NCBI GenBank assembly: GCA_051362555.1
Contig: CM120641.1
Location: forward strand, 29,332,401-29,396,400
Reading direction: 5' to 3'
Length of the DNA stretch: 64,000 nucleotides
From: Lingula anatina
Lineage: Eukaryota > Animalia > Brachiopoda
Shown here: positions 1-12,935 of the stretch, piece by piece
Position numbering within the stretch: position 1 is the first letter of the stretch
How the letters are laid out: every line of letters begins with the position of its first letter
Notes under the pieces: generated by a model
What the model was told of the DNA's origin: nothing
Database searches by the model: none
Seen by the model: the letters and a program-made list of their open reading frames with translations, nothing else
Translations under genes and position numbers: made by a program

Positions 1-105
1 ATTCCTTTCCCGCATCAATACAGTGATAGTAAACATGAACAAACAGCGGCTATCTTTATCAGTAGGTTTTTAATTATACCCTTTATTTTATCCTATGACA
101 CTGGC

Positions 106-278
106 CAGGCCCGTAGCCAGCAATTTCAAAAGGGGGGTTCTTTTTTAGAAAAAGTGGACCTTTTCCCATAAAAACTTCATGTACCTAGACCAAATTTTAC
201 CCAGAGTGGACCTTTTCCCAGCAAAACGGGCGGTATTTTCGAAACCCCCCCCCCCCCCCCCCCCAGGCTACGGGCCTG
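106..278. mobile_element. Small non-autonomous DNA element (MITE) with 13-bp TIRs and apparent 5-bp TSD
   Basis: TIRs caggcccgtagcc (106-118) and ggctacgggcctg (266-278); ctggc directly flanks both ends (101-105, 279-283). Confidence 0.8.
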
Positions 279-781
279 CTGGCAGAAACCCATTTGGCAA
301 ATGATTATTACTTACCTACAACTAGACGTAACATACCTTTCACATAGAAAAAAATATTGATAAGAAATAAAAGTGGCATTAGATCTAAAATATTCACATT
401 AAATACCTATAAATTGTAAATTGTATAAATCTGAATGGTAGGGAATAGGAAATCACCCAAAGTCTCTGTTTCATGTTTTCTTCATCGCATAAGTACAACG
501 TTCTATTGACAACAGACAGGCGGCAGTGGAAATATAGTAGTCGTACTCAGAATTTGATGATAACTGTTTTAAGGTATATTTTAATGGCATTTTCTAACCT
601 TCGGCAGACATAATAAAGTAAACAAATGGATGAAAACAACATTAAACTTATTTCAACTACAACTATAACCTCTTTAAATGATTTGGGGCAAAACATTTTG
701 CAGGAGGCCTAATTAACTAAACAAAACAAGTGACATAAAACGGATTATCACGTTGTTAACGACGATTTTGCCGTACTATAA

Positions 782-1013
782 CAGGGGCGGAACCAGGATT
801 ATTTGAAGGGGTGAACGGTTGCGAAGCCGACCCCCCCCCCCCAACCTCCCTTGGCGTGGGGTTTGTGACCCGATGAAGATCCCCAAAACTTTTGGTTTTT
901 TTAGAGGGCGAACGGTGCCATTTTCTACGGTTTAGAGTGATAATTCAGCTAGTCAAAATTCTAATTAAATTAGTCAAAATTCTGACACCCCCCCCCCCTC
1001 TAAATCCGCCACT
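782..1013. mobile_element. hAT-like MITE remnant
   Basis: Termini caggggcgga and tccgccacta with G/C tracts; internal tcagctagtcaaaattctaa recurs inverted near 36330-36350, downstream of cagtggcgga at ~36169. No clear TSD. Confidence 0.5.
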
Positions 1014-1254
1014 ATACAATGTATAAAGAATTCGTCATGTCACATTCAAAGATAGTAGATTGTATCCGTGGATTTTGTAATAATCATATTACCGCGGACC
1101 ACATTTTTTCTTCTAATGTTTAATAATCTTTTCTTTTGCTTTACATTTGAGTTAGGAGAACGGTTTAATGAAAACATATTACGAATGGTGCAATTTGTAA
1201 GATAAGTATTTGTCTAAAACGAATACCATAATCGTTCATATCTTTATATTGCAG

Positions 1255-4200
1255 ACTGGAAAGTTTCAAACAAAAAAATCAGGTGGCAGCAACGAACTGA
1301 TACTTCATTTGGACGCCTAGAGTTTGATGGGGTGCCCTTTATGACCTATAGTGAACTCATCCTGGATTGTCGCCACGGGCCTGACAGGAATAAAGCCCTT
1401 AAGGCGAAACTAGCTGCCGCTAAAGCTAAAAAGGTTGCTAAAATATATAAGTTATAGGTCTTTAATTTTGTTAACATTGGTGTTAGAGCCTTGTCTGATA
1501 TTCATGAGGGATATGATTTGTTGTATGGAAGGGGGGGGAACAAATGACAAAATCGTACTAGTACTAATTTTCGTTTTCAGATAAACGATCAGGAGTCGGA
1601 TTTTGTTTATTCAAAACACCAAAACTTCGAAGTAACAGTGAAGTTTAGTTGCCACGCGCAAATACGACTGCTGGAAGTAGTTAAATTTCCAGAGTACAAG
1701 GTAATTGTCTTCTTTTTCTGGAAGTTATATATTTTTGTGCGTGTGTGAAACTCCCTCGGTCATGATGTAGAATTGTAATCAATTGTTTTAAATGCCCATG
1801 TTATTTATAGAAGATAAACAAACATTGGTAATTTTACCGTTATGTAATATTGCCTCGAAATTGACAAAAAATCTGTTTTGTGCACCGCCATCACAAACAT
1901 TATGCAAAGAAAAATGTGTTACTAATTATTTTTTAACTTACAATAATGATTTATAAGACAAATTTTGACATACAGCTCAAATTAAGACGCCAGCTCTATT
2001 TGATTATCATTTTGTTATTGAATTTATATAATTTGTGGCTAAATAGAATTATTTTTCTCATCCTTGCATTTTCAAAGTGTGAACCTGAGCTGTTACACAT
2101 TTAAATACATTATTACCGGTACCCTTTTTTGTGCAATATTATTTTCTGCTTATTTTTCTAAACTTGTCGTTTCAATTTTTACCATAGATTGAGGTTGATT
2201 CCAAGAATGCTCGGAGAAATCAATCCACAAAACTGAGAAATGATATAATGAATGGAAAGGACGTTGTCGCAGAAAAGCGTATATACGTCTACCTTCCAGA
2301 TGAAACAGAGCATACAAACCATCCAGTTGGAAAGGTTAGATCAAATCTGAGTGTTTATCATTAGAAGATATACTATAACACGGTATTGTTTTTTTTCACA
2401 TCTGCAATTGACAACAGACGGCTAATTGACTAATTTGATTGAAGTAGTATAATAAGCATTTTTGTACCACTACTGGCGCTTCAAACAATTGGACAATTGC
2501 ACTTGCATTTCGCATTAAGGCTTGCATGTATTTTCCTGCGGTTCGAATGATTGAGGATATTAAGAAAAACAGCGATCAGTTCATCTTCCATTGGTAGTTG
2601 CATAAAATACAGCTATATATATTAGCAATATCTATTTTGGCGGTGGCGTCAGTAATACAAACATTTATTATTTATTAATATTTTAGGACGCTGGCTTTCA
2701 TCAACAGCTCGATCATAGGGTGATAGAGCATATCCAACACTTGGTTGCGGAAGGAGTGACAGACCCCCAGGAAATGAGACGTCACATAGAAATATATGTC
2801 AAGGGTTATCCCTTTCAGCTGGATGGAGAGCAGCGACCAGATAGATCGAATAGGAGGTTTTATCCATCTATCGTAGACATCCGAGGCCACATGTATCGTG
2901 CGCTCGTAAAACTTCGCTTTTCCAAGATAGATCAGGAGAACTTTCGAAGAATCGTGGAATCCTGGAAAGACAATTCTGATGACAGCTTCTTTTTTCGCCC
3001 CTACAAAAAAAGGTTAGACATCGATTTCGAGACAGCAAACATCACAGATGACACTTTCACCGACGACATAACTATCAACCAGAAGACTTCGGAAGAAAGA
3101 CTTCTGTTCGTTCACCAAACACAATGGCAAAAAAGACTTTTATCGACTTACGGGAATGAACTATTCTTATTGGATGCCACGTACCGTGTGACAAAATATT
3201 CTTTGCCATTGTTCTTCTTAGTTGTGCGTACCAATGTAGACTACCAGGTAGTTGCGTCATTTGTGATACAGGACGAAACCACAGAAGCTATTTCAGAAGC
3301 TCTAGCCATGGTCAAGTCTTGGAATCCTAGTTGGCAGCCCAAAAACGCCATGACAGACAACTGCGACGAGGAAATAAAGGCAATCGAATCCGTGCTTCCA
3401 GGTACGTTTTTTTTTTCTCGACTTGTTTTGTTTCATTTATTACGCTTACCTATGACATCTCTGTTGATTCATGTGTGGGGCAAATAATGCTGGCAAGGAA
3501 ACCTACCAGAAAAGAGAAAACGAGGGAGGCCGGGAAAAAAATATATGCTATCAAGGAGGATATGCAAGATTTGGGAGTGGGGGAGGCAATGCGTGGGACC
3601 GGTTTAAAAGGAACGGAAGTCCGCTAGGAACCGTGGTCCATTTCCCTTAAATTTTTACAGGTGACATTCGGCCCATATACTAACCCCAATACTCCAACTA
3701 CCCTAACCTGTACTAATCGCATAGGACTCCGGACTTCCATACCAAGGACAACCGTCCCCGTCACAACGATGTGGGTGGAGACGTTAAACCGCTGCGGTGA
3801 CCCCTGAGAAGGAACAGGGTCGAATGATAAAGACGAAGAAAGAATATTACATTTGTATTGATTCAATTTTTAAGCATTATAACAGTATCTTATTTTAACT
3901 GACGTGACAAATTTGATGAATTCAATTAAATAAGCATTTTCCATTTTCAGGATGTAGCGTGCTGCTTTGTGATTTCCATCGTGAACAAGCGTGGCTAAGG
4001 TGGCTTAGAAAATCATCAAACGGCATGTCTGAAAAAAGAGCAGAGATCTTAGCCCGATTCAGGAAAATTGCACAAGCTTTAACCGAAGTCGAATACCACG
4101 CTGCAGTTGCAGACCTTAAGAGAAGTCGTGTCTGGCAGGACGACAAGAGCAAGAAGCTAAGGCAGTGGTTTGAAGGAACCTGGCTTAAAGTTCATAAGGT

Positions 4201-7104
4201 GAACAGATATAGGGAAGGACTGCAGGCAACGCACAGTTTAAACTGTTTTGTAATTTTACAGATGCCAAAGATATCTGGATACAAATTTTAATGAATTTGA
4301 GCTCTCAAACTTTCTACGCAATGCACGCATTTAAGCTATTCTGTGTTTATAATAAAGAAAATGTTACTTTTTACAGAGATGGGTAAAGGCTTTCCGTGCA
4401 CACAGACTGCTTTCCTTTGTTAACACAAACAACGGTGTAGAAAGGCAGAATAGGACGTTCAAATATAATTATCTTAGGCAGTGCAGCCGTAACAGCCTCA
4501 GCACCATGGTGAAGGTCCTTGTGGAACGTTTTCTGCCAGACAGATACAAAGAAGGGTGAGCTAATTTGTAAGACTGTAATTTTAAAGATCACTCTGTACT
4601 TTAACTGAGAGTATGCCTCTTTAAAACAACTTTTACAGGTATGTGATCCAATGTATTTTGACGTATTTTATTACAATTTGATATAACAGGGCTACTGGGA
4701 AGATCGTATGAAACTAATTAAGAGATGTTGTCAAAACTGAAAGTTCTCTTTTTTGTTGAAAATTACCATTTAAAATCGTGGGTAAAAATAGATTTATTGT
4801 ACCACCAGCGTTAGCGCTGGCGGTACACATGGTTTCGGTCCCGTCCGGTTCGTTCCGCCGGCTCCGCCGGCTCCGCAGCCATATTACCGTTACCGCTTCT
4901 CCTCCTAGACGGTAAGGGCCCCCGTACCCATCTCTTGGATTTAGGTCACCTATAATCTCAACTCGTTCCACGTAAAATTTGGGCTTTGTCGGTATTGGGG
5001 TCTGGGTGTGGCACTCATTGCAATGCACCCTTGTCCAAAGATGGCAAAATTAAATGCTAATTATCTACCCTACGGAAGGGGTTATGGGGAAAATTTCTAC
5101 AGACGGCTTTCCAAAAGTCATATGTGTAGATTTCAAATATGCCCTTGGATTTGACCTTTGACCTTTACTTCAAGGTCAAACGGGCCAAAATTTTCAAAAA
5201 AATAAATTTTTTTACGAAAAAAAATTTTTTTGCCCTGTTATTCAGACACCACACAGACTTAACCAATAATATTATTGGAAAGTGTTACCCTTCAGGTCAT
5301 CTTTCATCTCCCTGAATTTGGGGTCAATCGGTGCATTTTCACGGGAGTAGCGGCCATAAGATGCCGAAACTGAAAACTGTCTCTAATTCGGGAACCGTTA
5401 ATGCTAGAGACCCATTCTTTTTTGCATTTTGTAGAGCATGTAAAGCCCAACACTGAGGGTGGCCTCCGTTTTTTTGTATTCCAAACGGTTTTCGAGTTAC
5501 ACTATCAGAAAGTACATATTGGTGGTGAAAGCAAAATGTGCAGTACGGTATAGTCAGGTGGCTAAGTCCAAATTTTATCCAGAATTGTGCAATAGATGAT
5601 AAAAGCATGAAACTTTCCACGATGAATGACCATTGGGTGTTCGTCTATTTTGGATCAGGGGGTTGACAAACACCCAATGGTCATTCATCGTGGAAAATTT
5701 CATGCTTTTATCATCTTTTGCACAATTCTGGATAAAATTTGGACTTAGCCGCCTGACTACTTTTCACCATGAACTAAACTTTGCATATTTTGCTTCCCTT
5801 TTTTCTCCAAAACTGGCAGAGATAGGTCCATAGTTACTATTGAACTTGAATAGGAAGTCATACACTGGCAATCTAAATGTAACCTTGAAATTGACCTTTG
5901 ACCTACTTTTCACCATGAACTGAACTTTGCAAATTTTGCTTCCCTTTTATCTATAAATCTGGCAGAGATAGGTCCAAAGTTACTATTGAACTTGAATAGG
6001 AAGTCATACACTGGCAATCTAAATGTGACCTTGAAATTGACCTTTGACCTACTTTTCACCATGAACTGAACTTTGCAAATTTTGCTGCCCTTTTATCTCC
6101 AAAACTGGCAGAGATAGGTCCATAGTTACTATTGAACCTGAATAGGAAGTCATACACTGGCAATCTTACTGTGAAATTGACCTTTCACCTACCTTTTGAT
6201 GAACTTTTGATATATTTTTTTGCATATTTTGAAAATTCTTGTTGATTGCATTTTTACAGCTTGTCAATCAAAAGACTGGTGGCTGTGTCCCTTATTTTGT
6301 GTATGTGGGGGTCTATACGAATGCGCTTGCTCCAGCTGGTGGTACAATATTCGGAGGCGGTATCGCCTCTCTGATCCTCTAATTCCAAATTTGTTATGTG
6401 GGGTTCATGTCGAAAAGTGGGTCAAAGGTCAATTTCAAGATCACAGTTAGATTTTCAATATATGACTGCCTATTTAAGTTCAATAATAACTATGGCCTTA
6501 TCTCTGCCAGTTTTGGAGATAAAAAGGACTTAAATGTTGCAATGGTGAAAAGTAGGTAAAAGGTCAATTCGAAGGTCACATTTATTTTGAATTGCTTAAT
6601 CAATGTTCTAAACCGTACCAAATAACAACATTCACCCTCTAAACTACCAAAATTTTTCCCGGCCCTTCAGCCAGCCCCAACTCCCAATACTTTTAATGTA
6701 AATCATTTTGATATGTTATAACATTATGATTTTCATACTGTATAATAGAATGTGCAAAAGCTACTGATAAGTACAGTAAGTTGCATATAAAACTGTTAAT
6801 CAAAATTTTCAAAGAGATTCACCAGGTGTAACTTATTCATATTTCAGAACCCAACTAGATAAGATATCCCTCTTCCCACATGGCCATAAAACGTACACTA
6901 ACATCTGGACAAAACGACATTTTCTAAATAGCGTCAGATTTCTTAATCAAAAATGTCTGAATCTTCTTCCATTTCTGTTCTGGCCCCTACCACTCTCTCC
7001 TGATGGCCTATTGCCCCCCCCCCCAATAATTACCTTTCACCCATGCCCTGTCTCTCACTCCCCTCTAATGCCCCTCATGTCCTCGTCACTGTCTTTTCCT
7101 TGAA

Positions 7105-7143
<39 letters not shown>

Positions 7144-10100
7144 CAAATTTCAAAGGTGAGCATATAATGCCTAGGCGAATTTCCACCTTTATTTATACTG
7201 TATCAATATTTAACCCTCAAGGCCATGAAATAAAGATGTTTAAAAAAAATTACCAGGTCCAATGTATGATTCTGCATTATTTACATGTCTTAAAAATATG
7301 TCAATTTTTACTTCTGACTGATATAAATGTAATCAAAGATATCATTCATTTTTCAGATACATAAAAAAGAACAATACCTATGCTGGATATTATAGGAAGT
7401 ATGATGCCACAGTTCCCTCTTATCTACAGAATCGCCCAGAGTTTTTTACTAAACATTGTATGGGAAGAATAGCCAGTGCATCCTATCTTGAGGACAGGGA
7501 AGAAGCCATTTTTGTGGTTGGTCCTGGCAAGTATCAAATACAAAGTGAGACCAAACATGGATATTGGCACACTTTCACCTTTGGAACTGGAGAGGTTGCA
7601 CCATCTTGTACTTGCCAGGACTGGCAATTAAATGGCTTGCCATGCAAGCATTTGTTTGGTTTATTATGTTTCAAAGGTGAGAGCTGGGACCAGCTACCAG
7701 CCAACTACAGGAACTCCCCGTTTTTTACTATAGATGAAGAGGTCCTGTTTAAATCGACAAAGATCACACCAAATAACACAGATCCGGGTAACTATGAAGT
7801 GCATGTAAATGTGCCATCTTCTAATTTGCCAGAAATCCCAACACCAATGTTCCCCAAACAAACAGAACTTTCCCAGTGCCATGATCTTTTAGCACAAATT
7901 AAGTCAAAAACCTATTTAGTTACAGATGGTGAAGCCATCCGCCACACAAATGAAAAGTTGAAAACAATCCTTCAGAAGTTACAGGAGTCAATTTCAAATG
8001 AAAGTGGGGTTGATTTACGGCCCAGTCCTGCCAAAAAGCGACGACTGCAACTCAAGAAAAAGCCAGGCACAAAACCTGAAGCCAAAGAATGTGTTCAGTC
8101 ACATTTACCTATTAGACCAGGGAAAAGATGCGTACAGTCAGGAAGAGTCGGGCATAAAGCGGAGATGATGAAAAGACAAAATGGGATAAACTTGGCTCTT
8201 TCAGGAGACACAGTTGAATGCCATGTTGTCCAAGAGGAACAAGTGTTGGACAACTTCAACTGTCAGGAGCCAATTGTGTTAACCTCCAGTGCCGTGCTTT
8301 CTAGCAGGAAAGCCCCAAAAGCTAAATCATCTATGCCTACCAGCTCTGTTGTCCAATCCAACCACAGAAGCACCACTGTTCACTCTACCAAATCCAATAT
8401 TGTAACTCCCTCTTTTAAGAAAAACACCATCTTTGAGGAAAGTATCAAACCCTCTGTCATTTACAAAGACTCCAACATGGAGTCAACCAACATAACTCTG
8501 GGAAAATATAAATCCCACCACATAACATACGATAGCATTTCATCTATAAATGGGATGCTTACTGATGAAGTAAGTACAGTTTTGTTGCACAGGTAAAATA
8601 TAAAATCTTATCAATATCTAATGTGAAAATGAGCTACATAGTCTTAAATAATGCCTTGCAGAAGTTGCCTTATTTCTAATAGTACATACTCAACTTAAAA
8701 TGAGATACATAACATGCTTTATGTTTTAGGTAATTGACAGTTATCTTGATCTTATCAGTTGCAGAAGTGCCATTGGTAAGAAGGTAAGAGTTCTAACAAA
8801 TTACAATATAAGATGACAAAATTAATTGTCACATGCGAAATCACCAATGACATTTGGCTAGAATTGATAAATATAAAATAATCATAAAAGTAATAATAAC
8901 AACCATCATTGTTATTACTATTGTTAAAAAAAATTTTATTAAGGAAAAAAAACTTCTCATTTTTACCAGAAAACAGATTTTTCTGTTTTCCCTTACATAC
9001 CAATAGTAAATAAATCCGTTTCGATATTCAGAGTTAGTCCAAGTTTTTTAAAGCTTGTCTCTATCTTAAGACATTATGACAAAGGCTAGTCATCTATGGA
9101 GGTTGCGTAATTCGATGAAAAGCACAGATTCCAGATTTATTTGTGATAAATAACATTTTAGTGGAAAAATAGAGTTTATTATATTTCTGTGATTGATTAA
9201 AATCTATTTATTATTAAGCATAAATCTCATACAAAGAGTAGTTATCTCTTTAAGCTCTAAATGTCACATAAAAATTGTAAAAAAGAATTTATTGTATATA
9301 TCAGTCTTTGTATATCATAGCATTATGCATGATAGGATAATGCATATTATGAATTTTACAGCTGCCAAGATGTTTCCCACATTTTAAAAAATGATTCTTT
9401 TTACAGGTATTCCATATGAGCCTTCATATAATGTCAAGGATTATTTATGACGGAGACATGAATTACTTTTCTAAGGTTAGCCATATGCACTTTGTTCAAA
9501 TGTGATTGCACTGTCTCTTGTGGTTGATGTTGTAAATTAAAACTCAAATAATATGATGAAAACATTGGATTTTATTTTAACCACCTTTAAATTTACTAGA
9601 ACTTTTGAAAATCCATTAATACATATGTAAAAGTTATTAAAAGTTTACCTTCTGTATTTATGTTAAAAAAGAACATTTTTCTCAATACTTTTTTAATTTC
9701 CATAAAAATATAGGTATGGTGGCATGCCGTTAGTAATAATTTCCTATCCAAAATTCAATTAATAGATTAATTTGAATGAAATTTCACTTGCTTCTATTTT
9801 AATTTTTTTTTCTTTGGTTGTGGTATAGAGAGACCTCCAAGTATATGATGTGATTGTAGGAGTGTGTATCAGAAGAGGACACTACTCTGTCTTGGTAAAT
9901 ATTCAACCCGGTATCAGGATAATTCCCCCCCAGGACAATTCCTCCTGACGATTCCCCCCCCCCCCCCCCCCCAAAGAATGACTATTTATAAATAAATATA
10001 AAAGTAAAGAGTTTTAAGTTCAAATCTTTTCATTCATTTTCTGAATATTTCTTAGTGTGATGATGCAACTCAAGGATATATAATATTAATGGAATTAAAC

Positions 10101-12017
10101 ATGTTATTTTCATGGAGTACAAGTACATAAAATTTTTGAGGCAGAAGTACAGAACATTTTATTAAAGATATTTTATTAAAAGTATATCTCCAGGTAAAGG
10201 AGGGGAAAACAGATGTTCTAACTCATCAAGGTAACCCTTTGATGAATTAACTGTTACTTTTAATTGCTTTATTACTCCCCCCTTGATTGAGTAAATCTTG
10301 AATCAAGGTGCATCTCAAGGGGGAGGTTGGGTAAACAGATATTTTCACTTATCCAGGTATCCCTTTGACTTTTTGTCACTTTCAATTGCTTGACCACTAC
10401 CCACCATCCACCACACTAAAAATATTCATAAAACCTGTTCATCTGTTTTTCCCACCTTTACCTGAAGGATAGGTGGTTATACTTCAATTACATTTAATAA
10501 ATCTTCCTGTACTTGTACTCAATGAAAAGGGAATTTGTTGTAAATTTTTGAGAGGGAATCGTGGGGGGTGGGGGGGGTGGGGGTGGGGGGGATTGTCTGG
10601 GGGGGATTGTCCTAGAATCATTCAACCCTTATATGGGACTCTCTTAGATTGAAATTTTGGATTAAGGTTGTTTTTACAAATATAGGTGGTTATACTAGAA
10701 ATGCTTGACATTAAGCAATTACAAATCTATTATATGTCTAATTATCATGTTTTACAAAGAAAATAGTACATGTATTTGTGTATTTAATGACTGGAGCTTT
10801 TTTTCACTTGTGTCTATAGTATTATGAAAAGAAGGAAGGTGCCAGTAAATTCACGTTTTTTAATTCACTGGGAGAGACAAGACAGGAAAAAGAAGTCATC
10901 ACAAGAAACTGGGGGTAGTTGAATATTAATGGTCCAATATTAATTCAGTCTCCTCATGTAAAAAAATAATAATATGTATGTTGTTTAGTATTAATAATAA
11001 ATTATGTTAATTATGTGTGCAAGGTTTAGACAATTCAATATTATGCTTGGTTAAGAGGTATATTTTTTCTTGTAATGTATTTTCAGCAACTTCTCAAGAA
11101 TGAAAGACATCACGTGTCAGTATGTGACCATTGACCACGACAAACAACAAGATGGATACACTTGTGGTCTTTGGTGCATTCATGTGAGTTAGGTGACCTA
11201 CGAAGCGCACATTTTAATATAAGTTCTAAACTTGTACACCTGTGAAGAGTTCCCAAGTTAAACATTATAGGGCAAAAAAAAAAATTATTACTGAACTCCC
11301 CAGCAAGGTTAAGCACTGTTTTGAACAACAAAATTGACTTTGTATAGACATATTTGTGTACATACATAAAATATTGTGGGATTTTCCTTTCTTTTTTCTT
11401 AGTATATTAAATAGTAATTTTGTTATCATTATTAATTTTTATTCAGGCAGTGGAGCACCTATTGAAATATGGCCTAAGCAAAACCCCAAGGATCTCCCAG
11501 CCGGACTTTTTAGCACTCAGACTAAATGTAGCCACACTGATTTTAAGAAATATTGGTATGAGTATGGAATATTACTTATTAATTATAATGAGAATTATGA
11601 TATTAATTTACTAGTTAGAGTTGGATGTTACATATAAAATACTAAAAATTTAATTCTAAGAAAGAGGTAATGGGCATCAATATATTTTATTTATTTTAAA
11701 GACATGAATTACTATTTAAATTTATGGATTTAGTTGGCAAATTCATTAAATTGCTTAAAAGTTGACAAAGCCTAAAGAAAGCCTTTTAGTATCTCACAGT
11801 TTTTGATATTAAAATTCCTGAACTCTTGTACATGTAGCTTTCGAAATAGATGGGGTCACGTTTTCCTGTCTGTTTGGAAATGTCACCACGTCACCTATGG
11901 TTTGATGATTAATACTAATAACTAACAATAACTTTTTCTTGATTTTCAGTAGTTGCAGACAAGAGGCAATTCAAAGTAATGCCTGTTGGGCAGAAGATTA
12001 AATTAACTTTTGAATAG
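1255..12017 (+). CDS. Mutator-like (MULE) DDE transposase with CaRF/ALS2CR8-like N-terminus, SWIM zinc finger and C-terminal Ulp1/C48-like cysteine protease; 14 exons, ~1,120 aa, start exon unresolved
   Basis: Exons 1255-1433, 1581-1700, 2188-2334, 2687-3401, 3951-4198, 4377-4555, 7357-8569, 8730-8783, 9407-9475, 9829-9894, 10820-10914, 11087-11183, 11447-11555, 11950-12017 all join in frame at GT-AG. Motifs: FDGVPF..CRHG, KFSCHA..KFPEYK, HTNH (CaRF-like); LLDATY, MTDNC, CDFH, TNNGVERQN (MULE D-D-CxxH-E); CTCQDWQLNGLPCKH (SWIM); LTDEVIDSYL, GHYSV, FNSLG, QQDGYTCG (Ulp1-like). Confidence 0.85.
4793..6385 (+). mobile_element. HINE/DINE-1-like non-autonomous Helentron in an intron of the transposase gene
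   Basis: Sub-terminal IRs ttgtaccaccagc (4797-4809) and gctggtggtacaa (6335-6347); 5' stem-loop gtaccaccagcg..cgctggcggtac; low-complexity GC tract after it; three 146-bp tandem repeats (~5760-6195); 3' hairpin gaggcg-gtat-cgcctc (6354-6369); homologous copy at 23518-24290. Confidence 0.7.
5551..5759. repeat. Long inverted repeat (~95-bp arms) nested in the HINE-like element
   Basis: tagtcaggtggctaagtccaaattttatccagaattgtgc... is mirrored by ...gcacaattctggataaaatttggacttagccgcctgacta. Confidence 0.85.
9910..10619. mobile_element. MULE-type MITE with 9-bp TSD
   Basis: attcaaccc at 9901-9909 and 10620-10628 flanks imperfect TIRs ggtatcaggataattccccccc / gggggattgtcctagaatc. Confidence 0.75.
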
Positions 12018-12019
12018 TG

Positions 12020-12418
12020 CAACACTTGTGACAGTTTTTGTTATGTACAGACACAGATTGGTTAATTTTTCTGGAAGTTATGCAGTTTCCTTTTGTGAAG
12101 TAAAATTGTTTACATATTGACATTTTCAAGGTGTGACTTTGAACTTCCATGGGCCTGAAGGCCTCTGCAGGACACATTTTCTAAATATCCATACTACTTT
12201 TATTATATTAAAAATTGATGGTCATGATACTGTTAAGCATTATGTAATATTGCATCAAAAGTGAAGAAAACCCTATTTGGGCACTGCCACAGTAGTGACC
12301 ATTAAAAAGAAAACCATGTCCTTTACACATCTCAAACTTACAGAAATGTAACATAGGACTAAAATACAGCTTCAATTTTAAAACCAAGCATATTGGTTAT
12401 TTGTTGTGGAGGTTATAC

Positions 12419-12454
<36 letters not shown>

Positions 12455-12935
12455 AAAATTAAATTTTTGACATATTGGCATTTTCATTGTGGGACTTAGA
12501 ACTCCAACAGGCATAAAAATTGCATCAAAATTGTCAAAAAACCTACTACGTGCACTGCCACCACAAATGTTATTAAAGAAAAACTGTGTTATTATTTTGT
12601 AACTTAGAAGAATGGATTGACATGCAGGTCAAATTGGAAAAACATCTTGATAGGATTATCATCATTTATTTATTTTGGAAAAACATTTTGATTGGGTTAT
12701 TATTTTTTTTCTTGAATGTATGAAATTTTCATTTCTTGAATGTATGAAATTTTCATTTAGTATTTCTGCCATTTTCTGATAATGAACTTGAACTTTTATG
12801 GGCTTGAAGCCTTATGTTAGTTACACATTTGACTTATATTCATTCTACCTGTTTTGTACAATTGAAATATGATATTGACAATTATAATATATTTTTGCTT
12901 CAGAATTGACAGTTAGCTATTTTGTGCATCATTTT
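12020..12935 (+). repeat. Degenerate tandem repeats of roughly 300 bp downstream of the transposase stop, with a homolog in intron 1701-2187
   Basis: The motif ttgcatcaaaa..gaca/gaag..gtgcactgcca recurs near 12250, 12520 and 12895, and at ~1840-1900. Confidence 0.55.

Noticed and set aside
430-1200. Start exon(s) of the transposase gene (e.g. MDENNIKL.. at ~627, MSHSKIVDCIRGFC.. at ~1037)
   Set aside because: Both frames hit stops, and no canonical phase-1 donor joining to 1255 could be identified by eye.
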